The translations under genes and the position numbers were made by a program. Under the pieces are notes generated by a model. The model was not told the origin of the DNA and made no database searches. It saw nothing but the letters and a program-made list of their open reading frames with translations. DNA of 64,000 bases from an uncultured Candidatus Saccharibacteria bacterium (GTDB taxonomy: Bacteria; Patescibacteriota; Minisyncoccia; Phycocordibacterales; PALSA-1337), in the NCBI GenBank assembly GCA_964470105.1, contig CAYXZI010000001.1, positions 37,521 to 101,520 on the forward strand. Direction: 5' to 3'. Shown piece by piece: positions 39,826 to 50,529 of the stretch; position 1 is the first letter of the stretch; each line of letters begins with the position of its first letter.

Positions 39826-40072
39826 TTTGTTCTTTTTTAAGGATTTTTGCCTTTACTAGTACTCCACCACGATTATATCCCCCCATCTTACCATCACTTC
39901 TTATGACCCTGTGACATGGTATTTCGGGATTGAAGTTTTTACTTAAAACCGTACCTACTGCACGTACAGCTTTAGGCTTACCGATCTCCTTAGCTACTTC
40001 TTTATATGTCATTGTGGCACCTTTTGGAATGCCTCTTACAACATCGTATACTAATTCCGTAAACGTTTTCAT
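39818..40072 (-). CDS. MGMT-family DNA-binding domain protein (O6-alkylguanine-DNA alkyltransferase C-terminal domain only)
   Basis: 84 aa; [18 protein letters not shown]...[10 protein letters not shown] has the PCHR active-site motif and the HTH of Ogt/Ada C-terminal domains. Confidence 0.75.
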   Translation of the reverse strand: MKTFTELVYDVVRGIPKGATMTYKEVAKEIGKPKAVRAVGTVLSKNFNPEIPCHRVIRSDGKMGGYNRGGVLVKAKILKKEQNG

Positions 40073-40099
40073 ATTAAAAGATTATCAGATTACAGCGAT

Positions 40100-40136
40100 T
40101 AAATAAAGAAAACAGCCGGACTATGAGAGTCTGGCT
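40100..40136 (-). terminator. Intrinsic terminator on the minus strand
   Basis: Minus-strand hairpin CAGCCAGAC-UCUCAUA-GUCCGGCUG (9 bp including one G.U) followed by UUUUCUUUAUUU (plus coordinates 40100-40111). Confidence 0.6.
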
Positions 40137-40265
40137 GCGAAAGAGTGTCGGTGAGGGGTTAATCCTGGGACCGTGAGCCTATATACGGCCGCATGCGAGT
40201 TGAGCGGGGTCAGCGCTAGATCTCACAAGGTGATTCGTACCACCTCACCGACGAGAAAATAGTAC
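40137..40265 (-). ncRNA. GC-rich structured RNA element (candidate riboswitch/leader or sRNA) between a TATAAT box and the terminator
   Basis: ~130 nt at ~55-60% GC with no ORF. Outer closing helix GTCGGTGAGG (40146-40155) / CCTCACCGAC (40242-40251) encloses nested GC helices. On the minus strand a TATAAT at ~40268-40273 lies just after the upstream gene stop. Confidence 0.35.
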
Positions 40266-40290
40266 CATACATTATATAAAAGTGGTAGCT

Positions 40291-41373
40291 TTATGGTTGT
40301 GATTGATACCATCCAGCTTTAACATCCTTCTTTGGGTCAGCAATCCAAATATTCATATTATATGCAGGCACAGTTGATTCTGCTTCAATTCTCTTAGGTT
40401 TAAGTCTGCCACTATCAGTTGATAGAACTTTATATATAGCGACACAACTCTGTCTATCAGAAATACTGTTTGAATTTTTATCTTTAGGCTCTTCAGTTGC
40501 TTTAACAGTTGTAGCGTTGATGCTTAGTTTCATCTCTGAACACTTAAGCGGTCTCTCAATTCTTGTTGTAAATTTATTATCAGTCGTATCAAGAACAACC
40601 TTATCACCAGAAACATGAATTTTTACTGTATACATCTCACCTGATGGTGTTGAAGGATTATCTCTAATCAAAAGATCAAAACGACTTACTGCAGAAAGAC
40701 CTAGATTTTGACTAGTGTTAGCAGACTTAATTGTGCCAGACAACTCACCACCACCTAAAGCAAGATCAACTGGTGGATATGATTTCATCGCATCAGCACA
40801 TGAAGATATGGCATCATCTCCAAAAAGTTTCTTTGAGATGAGTGGTTTCCCCCTGTCATCATAGTTGTTTACAAAAGTTGAAGCTGTCTTATCTGTATAG
40901 TTTAATACACAGTAGTAGTCAGAATATGTTTTACCATATGTTTTCGCGTAAAAAGAAGGAAGTGTTTCCTTTTTCGTATATGACTCTGTCTCTGGGAATA
41001 GATCGTCGGGGTCAATCTCTTTAGTGTCATCCCTACTTTTAGTTACTTCGTATTTGAGTGGATTAGCTTTTACATACTTAAAAGTTAATCGGGTTGTCTC
41101 CTTGGCACCCTGACTAGCTCCGGTATTAAGTGAATTTAGACCGTTTTGTGTTATCTTGGTTAGATCATAGGTATATGAAGAAGGATATATATCTGCACGG
41201 AATGGCCAGCTCCCTAATGTACGTGCCAATTGGCTATCTGAAGTGACGTTATTTAAAACCCCCGTTATAACACCTCCTTGAGTCAGCCATATTGAAGCGA
41301 TAGCTATAAACGCAAGAACAAAAGCAAATATTGTTTTTACATAATCCCTCTTTAACAACGTTCTTTTTTTCAT
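40291..41373 (-). CDS. Hypothetical secreted / membrane-anchored protein
   Basis: 360 aa with one N-terminal TM/signal segment; Ser/Thr/Asp/Lys-rich; no recognisable domain. Confidence 0.5.
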   Translation of the reverse strand: MKKRTLLKRDYVKTIFAFVLAFIAIASIWLTQGGVITGVLNNVTSDSQLARTLGSWPFRADIYPSSYTYDLTKITQNGLNSLNTGASQGAKETTRLTFKYVKANPLKYEVTKSRDDTKEIDPDDLFPETESYTKKETLPSFYAKTYGKTYSDYYCVLNYTDKTASTFVNNYDDRGKPLISKKLFGDDAISSCADAMKSYPPVDLALGGGELSGTIKSANTSQNLGLSAVSRFDLLIRDNPSTPSGEMYTVKIHVSGDKVVLDTTDNKFTTRIERPLKCSEMKLSINATTVKATEEPKDKNSNSISDRQSCVAIYKVLSTDSGRLKPKRIEAESTVPAYNMNIWIADPKKDVKAGWYQSQP

Positions 41374-41426
41374 TTAATATTTTTAAATTTAATATTAAAA
41401 TATTATAACATAGAAAGATATTAGGG

Positions 41427-41933
41427 TTATAAAACCGCACTATTAAACTTTTTTTCATTTATGAGACTTTCCGCCTTTTGTGCAAGTTCAAAAAGAGTAC
41501 CTAGCTCGATGGTACTAAGTATTCTAGGCTTTGTATCCTTAACACAAAAAACTCCCACTGGCATACCTGATGCAGAATCTATTAATGCAATACCAGCATA
41601 AAACCTTATATATGGCTCACCTACCACATATGGATTATTTTTAAATCTTTCATCTTTTAAAGTATCCTCAACGATAAATGCATCTTTAGATATTAGAGCC
41701 CAGCTACAGAAAGCAATGTCTCTAGGACCTTGCTTATTTGATACACCCTGACAAGACTTGTACCATTCTCGATTTTCATCAATTATAGATATTGTAGAGA
41801 TTGGAACACTCATTCTCTCTAGTGCTTCTTTAGTTAAACTATCAAAAATTGGATCTGGGTTTGTATCTAGTATCCCCATTTTATGAACTACATCTAATCT
41901 CTCATTTTCTTTTTTATATAGTGGTGCTTTCAT
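41427..41933 (-). CDS. GAF domain protein
   Basis: FYAGIALIDSASGMPVGVFCVKDTKPR matches the GAF core (YAG.PL....G...G.LCV.D..PR). Confidence 0.65.
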   Translation of the reverse strand: MKAPLYKKENERLDVVHKMGILDTNPDPIFDSLTKEALERMSVPISTISIIDENREWYKSCQGVSNKQGPRDIAFCSWALISKDAFIVEDTLKDERFKNNPYVVGEPYIRFYAGIALIDSASGMPVGVFCVKDTKPRILSTIELGTLFELAQKAESLINEKKFNSAVL

Positions 41934-42008
41934 TTTTTTTAAATAATTAAAAATAATCCAAACATTGTTGGACTTCGTAGAGTCTCTTTAATACTATTAT
42001 ACCACAAA

Positions 42009-42449
42009 TCAATCAACTACCTTTTCTATACCAACAAAAAATAGAATCTTACCATTTGTATCTACTATAGGCGAAATATGTAATTCTGCTTTATAGATAA
42101 CCCCATCTTTCCTCTTATTATTAACAACTACACTTATATTCTTCTTCTCGTCTTTAATTGTCTTCCAAAGATGTTGGTAAAACTCTTTAGGCATCTGACC
42201 TCCCCATAATGAGGGTCTTTTACCAATAATTTCTGACATACTGTACCCAGTCATCTTTTCTACAAGTTCATTAGCAAACAATATTTTCCCATCAATATCA
42301 GTTATAACCACCTGTTCCTCAATTTGATTAAATATATAATTCAATGAACCACATCTATGGCATTTGACCTCATAGTACACACTATCGGTAACAGCTAGAA
42401 GTTTCTTGCATGAATTGCATCTAAATTCATTTTTATCCTTTAAGCTCAT
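42009..42449 (-). CDS. Com-type zinc-ribbon fused to a PAS domain
   Basis: N-terminal FRCNSCKKLLAVTDSVYYEVKCHRCGSLNYIF (CxxC-17-CxxC, like phage Mu Com-family ribbons). It is followed by a PAS fold (ITDIDGKILFANELVEKMTGYSMSEIIGK ... DGVIYKAELHISPI). Confidence 0.6.
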   Translation of the reverse strand: MSLKDKNEFRCNSCKKLLAVTDSVYYEVKCHRCGSLNYIFNQIEEQVVITDIDGKILFANELVEKMTGYSMSEIIGKRPSLWGGQMPKEFYQHLWKTIKDEKKNISVVVNNKRKDGVIYKAELHISPIVDTNGKILFFVGIEKVVD

Positions 42450-42492
42450 TTGGCAATAATATCACAAATATTGAATGGAACTAAACTTTCTG

Positions 42493-42565
42493 AGCCAAAG
42501 GTGAGGATCGAACTCACGACCCCAGCTTTACGAAAGCTGTGCTCTACCAACTGAGCTACTTTGGC
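42493..42565 (-). tRNA. tRNA-Thr (anticodon CGU)
   Basis: Cloverleaf: acceptor GCCAAAG/CTTTGGC, D-arm AGCTCAGTTGGTAGAGC, anticodon stem CAGCT/AGCTG with loop TTCGTAA, T-arm GGGTC-GTGAGTTCGATCC. Confidence 0.85.
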
Positions 42566-42724
42566 CAAAGTACCCCAGGAAAGTATGGGCACCGTTATAG
42601 TTACGGCATGTTCGGTATTAACGTGGAAGCCACTACTCCGAACACTTACCCAGGCATCACGGGTATCTAATCCGCATAGTCTTACTCTCCTGGAGCTCTT
42701 TTATACTAACATAATTATGAAAAA

Positions 42725-42800
42725 TGGAGCCGACGATGAGGATCGAACTCATGACCTCTCCATTACCAATGGAGTGCTCTACCAACCGAGCTACGTCGGC
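42725..42800 (-). tRNA. tRNA-Thr (anticodon GGU), CCA-encoded
   Basis: Acceptor GCCGACG/CGTCGGC, anticodon stem CTCCA/TGGAG with loop TTGGTAA, T-loop TTCGATC, 3' UCCA encoded. Confidence 0.85.
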
Positions 42801-42847
42801 ACAGTGCTAAGAATAGTCTATTTATTGACTTTTTTCAATTAAATTCA

Positions 42848-42880
42848 AATGGCCGCTGCGTCTCCGCTACGGCCATTTTT
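42848..42880. terminator. Bidirectional-looking GC hairpin after the tRNA-Thr pair
   Basis: AAATGGCCG-(14 nt)-CGGCCATTT, a perfect 9-bp stem with TTTTGT following on the plus strand. Confidence 0.4.
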
Positions 42881-42911
42881 GTAATACAGTATTCATTTCG
42901 TAAAATGATAG

Positions 42912-43190
42912 TTATTTCGTTGCTTTTTTCCCAAAGTCAGAAGTCTGACTGGGAAGTGACGTGTTTTCATTACGGTCGTCCCGTAGAAAACACGAATCCC
43001 ATACTCTCTTCTTCACTTTAGGTTTTCTTGGATGAAGTTCCTTCACAAAGTATCCTTTGTTAAATTGACTCGTTTCCCCACCACAGCACATGCTGTAGTT
43101 ACCAAGGGGTGTTGGTGAGCTATACCAGGCAACAATATAGCACAAAACAAGAAAAAGGTGAAAAACCATCAAACCAACCATGATTAGCAT
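42912..43190 (-). CDS. Hypothetical small membrane protein (uncertain)
   Basis: 92-aa ORF with one N-terminal TM helix. Its 3' third contains two strong hairpins (AGTCAGAAGTCTGACT; CGTGTTTTC..TACGG-TCGTC-CCGTA..GAAAACACG), so the real CDS may be shorter or the region may be RNA. Confidence 0.3.
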   Translation of the reverse strand: MLIMVGLMVFHLFLVLCYIVAWYSSPTPLGNYSMCCGGETSQFNKGYFVKELHPRKPKVKKRVWDSCFLRDDRNENTSLPSQTSDFGKKATK

Positions 43191-43245
43191 GACCTCTAAT
43201 ATTTACTTTATATAAAATATACCTCGACACAGCTAAACGAATTTG

Positions 43246-43319
43246 CGCGATTGGCGGGACTCGAACCCGTAACCTCCCACGTGACAGGCGGGTGCTCTAA
43301 CCAGTTGAGCTACAATCGC
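43246..43319 (-). tRNA. tRNA-Asp (anticodon GUC)
   Basis: Acceptor GCGATTG/CAATCGC, D-arm GCTC..GAGC, anticodon stem CCCGC/GTGGG with loop CTGTCAC, T-loop TTCGAGT. Confidence 0.85.
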
Positions 43320-43458
43320 ATTTTAATGAAATCTTCAAAAATCACCCTTTTCCTATCGAGGAAAAGCCTACATTCCTTATTATACATAATTCTGTATAAT
43401 TTCAAAGCTCCAAAGATATTCTCTCTAAGCAACAAAAGACTGACACAGCGAATCAATG

Positions 43459-43532
43459 TGCCGATGCCTGGACTCGAACCAGGGACCTTCTCTTTATGAG
43501 TGAGATGCTCTAGCCACCTGAGCTACATCGGC
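43459..43532 (-). tRNA. tRNA-Met (anticodon CAU; elongator or Ile2-lysidine type)
   Basis: Acceptor GCCGATG/CATCGGC, anticodon loop CTCATAA, T-arm CCTGG-TTCGAGT-CCAGG. The anticodon stem has an A.A mismatch and lacks the three G-C pairs of initiators. Confidence 0.8.
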
Positions 43533-43635
43533 GTTAATTTAGCTTATCAAGAATATAGCAAAAAATACAGATGATTACCAGTTTTAGCAGATTATATGAT
43601 GGCGCCACCTACTAAACTACAGCTCGATATGAGTT

Positions 43636-44346
43636 TTATGAGTTACCTTCCAAAATATACAGTTCATTTTTTATATCTTGAAGATAGGTATCGAGGATAT
43701 TAATTATCTGTGTTTTGTCAGGTAAAGAAGTGATTTTAGTTACACCATTTTTAACCACCAATATTAAACCTTTAAATTTATTACTTGGAAACAACAGTTC
43801 TCCTTCAAGATTTGTTGTATTAATAAGTGTCTTCAAAAGTTGTTTCTCGTCAGTAGATTTTAATAGATTCACTCTAAATTCCTCTAACTCAACTATCTTG
43901 CTTCTAATCTCCCTTACTCTCAAAACATCTTTATTTTTATCTGTAACCTCATCCAATCTACCTTTGTATCTATCAACCTCCCTTTCTAGTATGGCAATCT
44001 TTTCTTTAAGATTTATTATCTCTTCGCGTAGCTCATCATTCTGCTTTGTTAGATATATATTTTGCTGCACTACACCCTCATCTTTCACTATCTTTTCAAC
44101 TATTTTCGGCACCTCTTTAACTACCACTTTTTCAACTGGAACTATTGTGTCCTTTTCTAAAGTTTTATTTATTGGGACATTGTTTGTAATATCTATATCT
44201 GATCGTGGAGCATTATACATCTCAATCTTTTTATTCCAAGTAGTAGGATTCCACCAAACCCCAAATGCAATTCGAGGTATTAATAATATAAATAAAACTA
44301 GAGTAATTGATCTCTTCACAAAGATAATTGTATCATATCGAACCAT
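43636..44346 (-). CDS. Membrane-anchored coiled-coil protein (hypothetical)
   Basis: 236 aa with an N-terminal TM segment, then a long heptad-rich Lys/Glu region (EEIINLKEKIAILEREVDRYKGRLDE...). Antisense ORF 43715..44359 rejected. Confidence 0.5.
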   Translation of the reverse strand: MVRYDTIIFVKRSITLVLFILLIPRIAFGVWWNPTTWNKKIEMYNAPRSDIDITNNVPINKTLEKDTIVPVEKVVVKEVPKIVEKIVKDEGVVQQNIYLTKQNDELREEIINLKEKIAILEREVDRYKGRLDEVTDKNKDVLRVREIRSKIVELEEFRVNLLKSTDEKQLLKTLINTTNLEGELLFPSNKFKGLILVVKNGVTKITSLPDKTQIINILDTYLQDIKNELYILEGNS

Positions 44347-44499
44347 TAAACATATGTGATATGTATGATTGATCTTATAACTTCAAAAGAGGCTTAGAGT
44401 TGATAATATAAACTTCTTCATGCAGATGATAATAACACAATAAAAACCGAAGAGAACACGTGCTTATTGTGTGCGTTTCATAAAAAGATGTCTTACTTG

Positions 44500-44572
44500 T
44501 TGCGGGGGCCGGAATCGCACCGGCAATCTCCAGGTTATGAGCCTGGCGGGTTACTGTTACCACTACCCCGCT
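44500..44572 (-). tRNA. tRNA-Met (anticodon CAU), initiator-like (A1.A72 unpaired)
   Basis: 5' AGCGGGG / 3' CCCCGCAAC gives an unpaired 1-72 plus A73, as in bacterial tRNA-fMet; anticodon stem CCAGG/CCTGG with loop CTCATAA; T-arm GCCGG-TGCGATT-CCGGC. Only two of the three canonical G-C pairs next to the anticodon loop. Confidence 0.7.
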
Positions 44573-44613
44573 ATTGAAGAATATACTACCACAAATATAC
44601 TAGTGCAGGCAAG

Positions 44614-45225
44614 TTATATATGGAAAAATTCCTCGAAGACCTTTCTATATAGTTGTATTACCCTTCTAGCATCATATTGACTGAAATTATAGTCCGATCC
44701 AGCATGTGCTAGTTCATTTCTAACTTTATGTGCTTCCCATGCATCATCCAATGTCTTAAATTCAGCTTTAGTTGCCCTCTTTAGCTGCTCACCGATACTA
44801 TCTCCTTTATACCCCAAACCCTTTAGTACCTCTCCTAAGATTATATCTGCCTCAATGATTGCTTGCCTCCAATCATTCGGATTCTGTGACTCTACATGTT
44901 TTAAAGCCATATCCCATTTCTTTGCTATTTCTGGATTACCCTCGGCTTTAACTGTCTTTCCTGTACCATACAAATCAATTTTTACACCATACACCTCATG
45001 CTCTTCTCGTATTCTTAATGCCTTTAGTCTTTCGACAGTGTATATAATTAGAAGAAAGAGAAGAAGAGATATGGGTATTGATATACCAATTATTAAACCT
45101 ATTGCTGATTTCGTAAATTCTATCAATTGAGGATAGTTTTCAGCCAAATATCTTAAGACAGTTGTAAGATACGGTTCAAAATCAACCGATGGTGACTGTA
45201 CGATATCTATTTCATTTTCTTGCAT
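44614..45225 (-). CDS. Membrane-anchored protein with a C-terminal HEPN-like (RNxxxH, HepT/DUF86-like) motif
   Basis: 203 aa; a TM helix around residues 40-62; the C-terminal region AWEAHKVRNELAHAGSDYNFSQYDARRVIQLYRKVF carries the R-N-x-L-x-H signature of HepT-type HEPN RNases. Confidence 0.4.
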   Translation of the reverse strand: MQENEIDIVQSPSVDFEPYLTTVLRYLAENYPQLIEFTKSAIGLIIGISIPISLLLFLLIIYTVERLKALRIREEHEVYGVKIDLYGTGKTVKAEGNPEIAKKWDMALKHVESQNPNDWRQAIIEADIILGEVLKGLGYKGDSIGEQLKRATKAEFKTLDDAWEAHKVRNELAHAGSDYNFSQYDARRVIQLYRKVFEEFFHI

Positions 45226-45236
45226 ATTTTTAAATA

Positions 45237-46652
45237 CTATTTAACCAAAAAATCTTTACCGACTTCAAACAGAGTCTTTTCATTTCCATGGGAAGCGGTC
45301 ATCTGTATACCTAAAGGCATCTTGTTTGAATTTACACCTGAAGGTATCGACATAGCTGGTAGGCCAGTGAGATTAGCTGTAACAGTGAAGATGTCCTCAA
45401 GATACATTGCAACTGGATCGGAATTCTTTTCACCAATCTTGAATGCAGGTGTTGGTGTTGTCGGTGTTAGTATTATATCAACTTTCTTGTATGCTTCCAT
45501 AAAGTCATTGGTGATAACTTTACGAAGTGAATTTGCCCTATTGTAGTATGCATCATAATACCCAGACGAAAGAACATAAGTACCTAATAGTATTCTCCTT
45601 CTTGCCTCTTTTCCAAAGCCAGCTCCTCTTGATTCAAAATAGTCTGCGATACCATCTTTTCCATCTTTATGTAATCCAAAACGTACACCATCAAAACGAG
45701 ATAGATTCGTTGATACCTCTGCAAAGTTTAGAATGTAGTATACGGGTAGCGCTTGTGCTGCATTTTTTAATTCAATATCTACAACCTCGTATCCTTTTTC
45801 TTTTAGCTTAACTATTGAATCATTAAAATTAGATATGATTTCCTTATCGATACCACCGATACTTAGGAGTGATTTTGGTATACCAATGACCGGCTTACCA
45901 CCAACCTTTTTGATTGTATATGTTTTATCACTAATTGTTGTACTATCTTTGATATCTACACCTCTCAAAACATTAAATACTATCTCATTATCATCAACAT
46001 TCTTTGAGATGGGGCCAATTTGATCAAAAGATGAAACTGCAGCCATTAGTCCATATCTTGAAATTGAGCCGTAAGTAGGTTTAAGCCCCACAACACCACA
46101 AAATGCAGATGGTTGCCTTACAGAACCGCCGGTATCTGAACCTAATGCGACCAGACACATATTAGCAGCTACTGCTGCTGCAGAACCACCAGAAGTACCT
46201 CCAGGTACTCTAGTCTTATCATGAGGATTACGAGTTACACCATATGCAGACTTCTCTGTAGAACCACCCAATGCAAATTCATCCATATTTGTTCTTCCTA
46301 AAAAGACAGCATTTTCCTTCTTTAACTTTAATATTGCAGTTGCATCATATGTTGCTTTATAGTTCTCAAGAATTTTAGAAGCAGAACTTGCTCTTCTCTC
46401 CTTTATTAAAATATTATCTTTAATACCAAAAGGAATCCCAGTTAAAATACTTGCAGTTCCATCTTTAAACCTCTTATCAGCCTCCTTAGCTTGTTCTACT
46501 ACATCATCAAACACCTCTAAATATGCATGTATATCTGTATCGTTCTTCTTAATTTCATTTAGGTAAGCATTAGCTAAATCGACTGCAGAATATACACCAT
46601 TCTTCATATCATCATGTGCCTTTTTAATTGTAAGATTTGATAGATCTATCAT
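45237..46652 (-). CDS. gatA: Glutamyl/aspartyl-tRNA amidotransferase subunit A
   Basis: Amidase signature (GGSSGGSAAAVA..., catalytic Ser in GGTSGGS) and K in the DxxGSIRxP region. Confidence 0.95.
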   Translation of the reverse strand: MIDLSNLTIKKAHDDMKNGVYSAVDLANAYLNEIKKNDTDIHAYLEVFDDVVEQAKEADKRFKDGTASILTGIPFGIKDNILIKERRASSASKILENYKATYDATAILKLKKENAVFLGRTNMDEFALGGSTEKSAYGVTRNPHDKTRVPGGTSGGSAAAVAANMCLVALGSDTGGSVRQPSAFCGVVGLKPTYGSISRYGLMAAVSSFDQIGPISKNVDDNEIVFNVLRGVDIKDSTTISDKTYTIKKVGGKPVIGIPKSLLSIGGIDKEIISNFNDSIVKLKEKGYEVVDIELKNAAQALPVYYILNFAEVSTNLSRFDGVRFGLHKDGKDGIADYFESRGAGFGKEARRRILLGTYVLSSGYYDAYYNRANSLRKVITNDFMEAYKKVDIILTPTTPTPAFKIGEKNSDPVAMYLEDIFTVTANLTGLPAMSIPSGVNSNKMPLGIQMTASHGNEKTLFEVGKDFLVK

Positions 46653-46654
46653 AA

Positions 46655-46942
46655 TTAATCTTGTGCAATTATCTTTTTAACAGCGATAAAATCCCCCTCT
46701 CTATCTGGGGCTTCATTTAAAATTAATTCTCTATCGGGATTAGATTCGGAAACATCTTCTCTAAATACATTTCTATTAATTCCTGCATCCGGAACTTGAT
46801 CATTATTAACTGTAGCCTTTTTAATTTGGTCTACATATACAAGGATTGCATCTATATCCTTTGTAAGATCGAGTTTTTCTGACTCATCAAGCTTAATACG
46901 AGCCAAATTAGCTAGTTTTTCTATATCTGTAACCGTTATCAT
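46655..46942 (-). CDS. gatC: Glutamyl/aspartyl-tRNA amidotransferase subunit C
   Basis: 95 aa; ITVTDIEKLANLARIKLDESEKLDL... typical of GatC; immediately upstream of gatA. Confidence 0.85.
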   Translation of the reverse strand: MITVTDIEKLANLARIKLDESEKLDLTKDIDAILVYVDQIKKATVNNDQVPDAGINRNVFREDVSESNPDRELILNEAPDREGDFIAVKKIIAQD

Positions 46943-46966
46943 ATTGTGATTTTAGCACAGAAAATG

Positions 46967-49465
<2,499 letters not shown>

Positions 49466-49469
<4 letters not shown>

Positions 49470-49918
49470 AATGTTAAATCGAAGAAATGATTCTCTAGTA
49501 TCGTAAAGTTTTGTATTGTACCATTCTGCCAACTAACATTAACCACGACTTTCTTTTCAGAGGATGAGATAGAGGTTATTACAAAAGTTCTAGTAAATCT
49601 ACTTGCTGTACCAGAACCGCATCCGTATGTACCATCATTTTGTATGTTTAACCGACCACAAACAGATGGATATACCCAGGTAGGTAAAGATCCGACACCA
49701 TTTGATAGAATATAGTTATCTCGATTATTCTTTATATCTTCCATTAAATCCTGTGCCAAATATGAAGCAGTAACCTGATCTTTAGCGTATATCGCAGCCA
49801 TAAGACTCTTTTGTGCAATAGTTAGTGGTCCTGCTATTGAGATCATGAGTATAGTGATAGCAACCAATGTTTCTATGATTGTAAAACCTTTTTGATTTTT
49901 AAGATCTTTTATTTTCAT
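49466..49918 (-). CDS. Type IV pilin-like / pseudopilin
   Basis: MKIKDLKNQKG|FTIIETLVAITILMISIAG prepilin cleavage/methylation motif; start taken at ATG 49916-49918. Confidence 0.7.
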
Positions 49919-49919
49919 A

Positions 49920-50528
49920 TTATTTAATTCTCTGTGATACCCTAGTCTGAACCGAAAAATCAACTTTTTCCTTAGCCTTTACACCACTCTCGCCCTGTAA
50001 CCAGAAGAAAGCGTATGGTTGTTGATTTGATTCATTACTAACTTCAACGATTGATGCGGTTATCTTAATATCACTTGATGTTAGATCTTGAAAATCATCT
50101 TGATGTATACCCGCGCCACAATATGCTTCTTGAGCTTTTAGAATTTTTTGTCCAGTTTCATCGTATCTATATGCATATATTAAATTACACTTTTTGCCAT
50201 TAGTATCCACAGAAATATTTGAAGATTTGAAAGCCATTGTCCATTTACCAGATGTAATCTTCTTACTTTTATTATTGAAATAGTTTTCATCTATTACCCC
50301 ATTATCATTATCTAAATCATAATCTCTACCAACCCTCATTTCCCTAGACATAGATTCAAGTGCAAAATTGAGATTGTTAATTGTAGTCTTTAGACTAATT
50401 GATTTTCTATTGGCATCCATAACTTTCAAAAGTGCACCGACAGCAACCACAGCGACTACAGTGAAAATAGCGAGTGAGATAATCATCTCTACCAAAGTAA
50501 ATCCATTTTGTAATGATCTTTTTTTCAT
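49920..50528 (-). CDS. Pseudopilin (prepilin-type N-terminal cleavage/methylation domain)
   Basis: MKKRSLQNG|FTLVEMIISLAIFTVVAV. Confidence 0.7.
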   Translation of the reverse strand: MKKRSLQNGFTLVEMIISLAIFTVVAVVAVGALLKVMDANRKSISLKTTINNLNFALESMSREMRVGRDYDLDNDNGVIDENYFNNKSKKITSGKWTMAFKSSNISVDTNGKKCNLIYAYRYDETGQKILKAQEAYCGAGIHQDDFQDLTSSDIKITASIVEVSNESNQQPYAFFWLQGESGVKAKEKVDFSVQTRVSQRIK

Positions 50529-50529
50529 C

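Noticed and set aside
38944-39900. Programmed +1 frameshift in prfB.
   Set aside because: The N-terminus is complete in one frame. The upstream region is occupied by the MGMT-domain gene and no CUU UGA C-like site was found.
42690-42705. GGGTATCTAATCC, the reverse complement of the universal 16S rRNA 785-803 region, sits between the two tRNA-Thr genes.
   Set aside because: The similarity does not extend beyond 13 nt into the flanking conserved 16S sequence. It is most likely coincidental or a tiny relic. No rRNA gene is present.
42561-43499. ORFs 42561..42842 (+), 43251..43499 (+), 44375..44563 (-) and 44471..44680 (+).
   Set aside because: They overlap the tRNA genes and their GC-rich stems, so they are artefacts of structured RNA sequence.
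43715-44359. 214-aa plus-strand ORF rich in Ser/Phe/Leu.
   Set aside because: It is the antisense frame of the Lys/Glu-rich coiled-coil gene; its low-complexity composition is typical of mirror frames.
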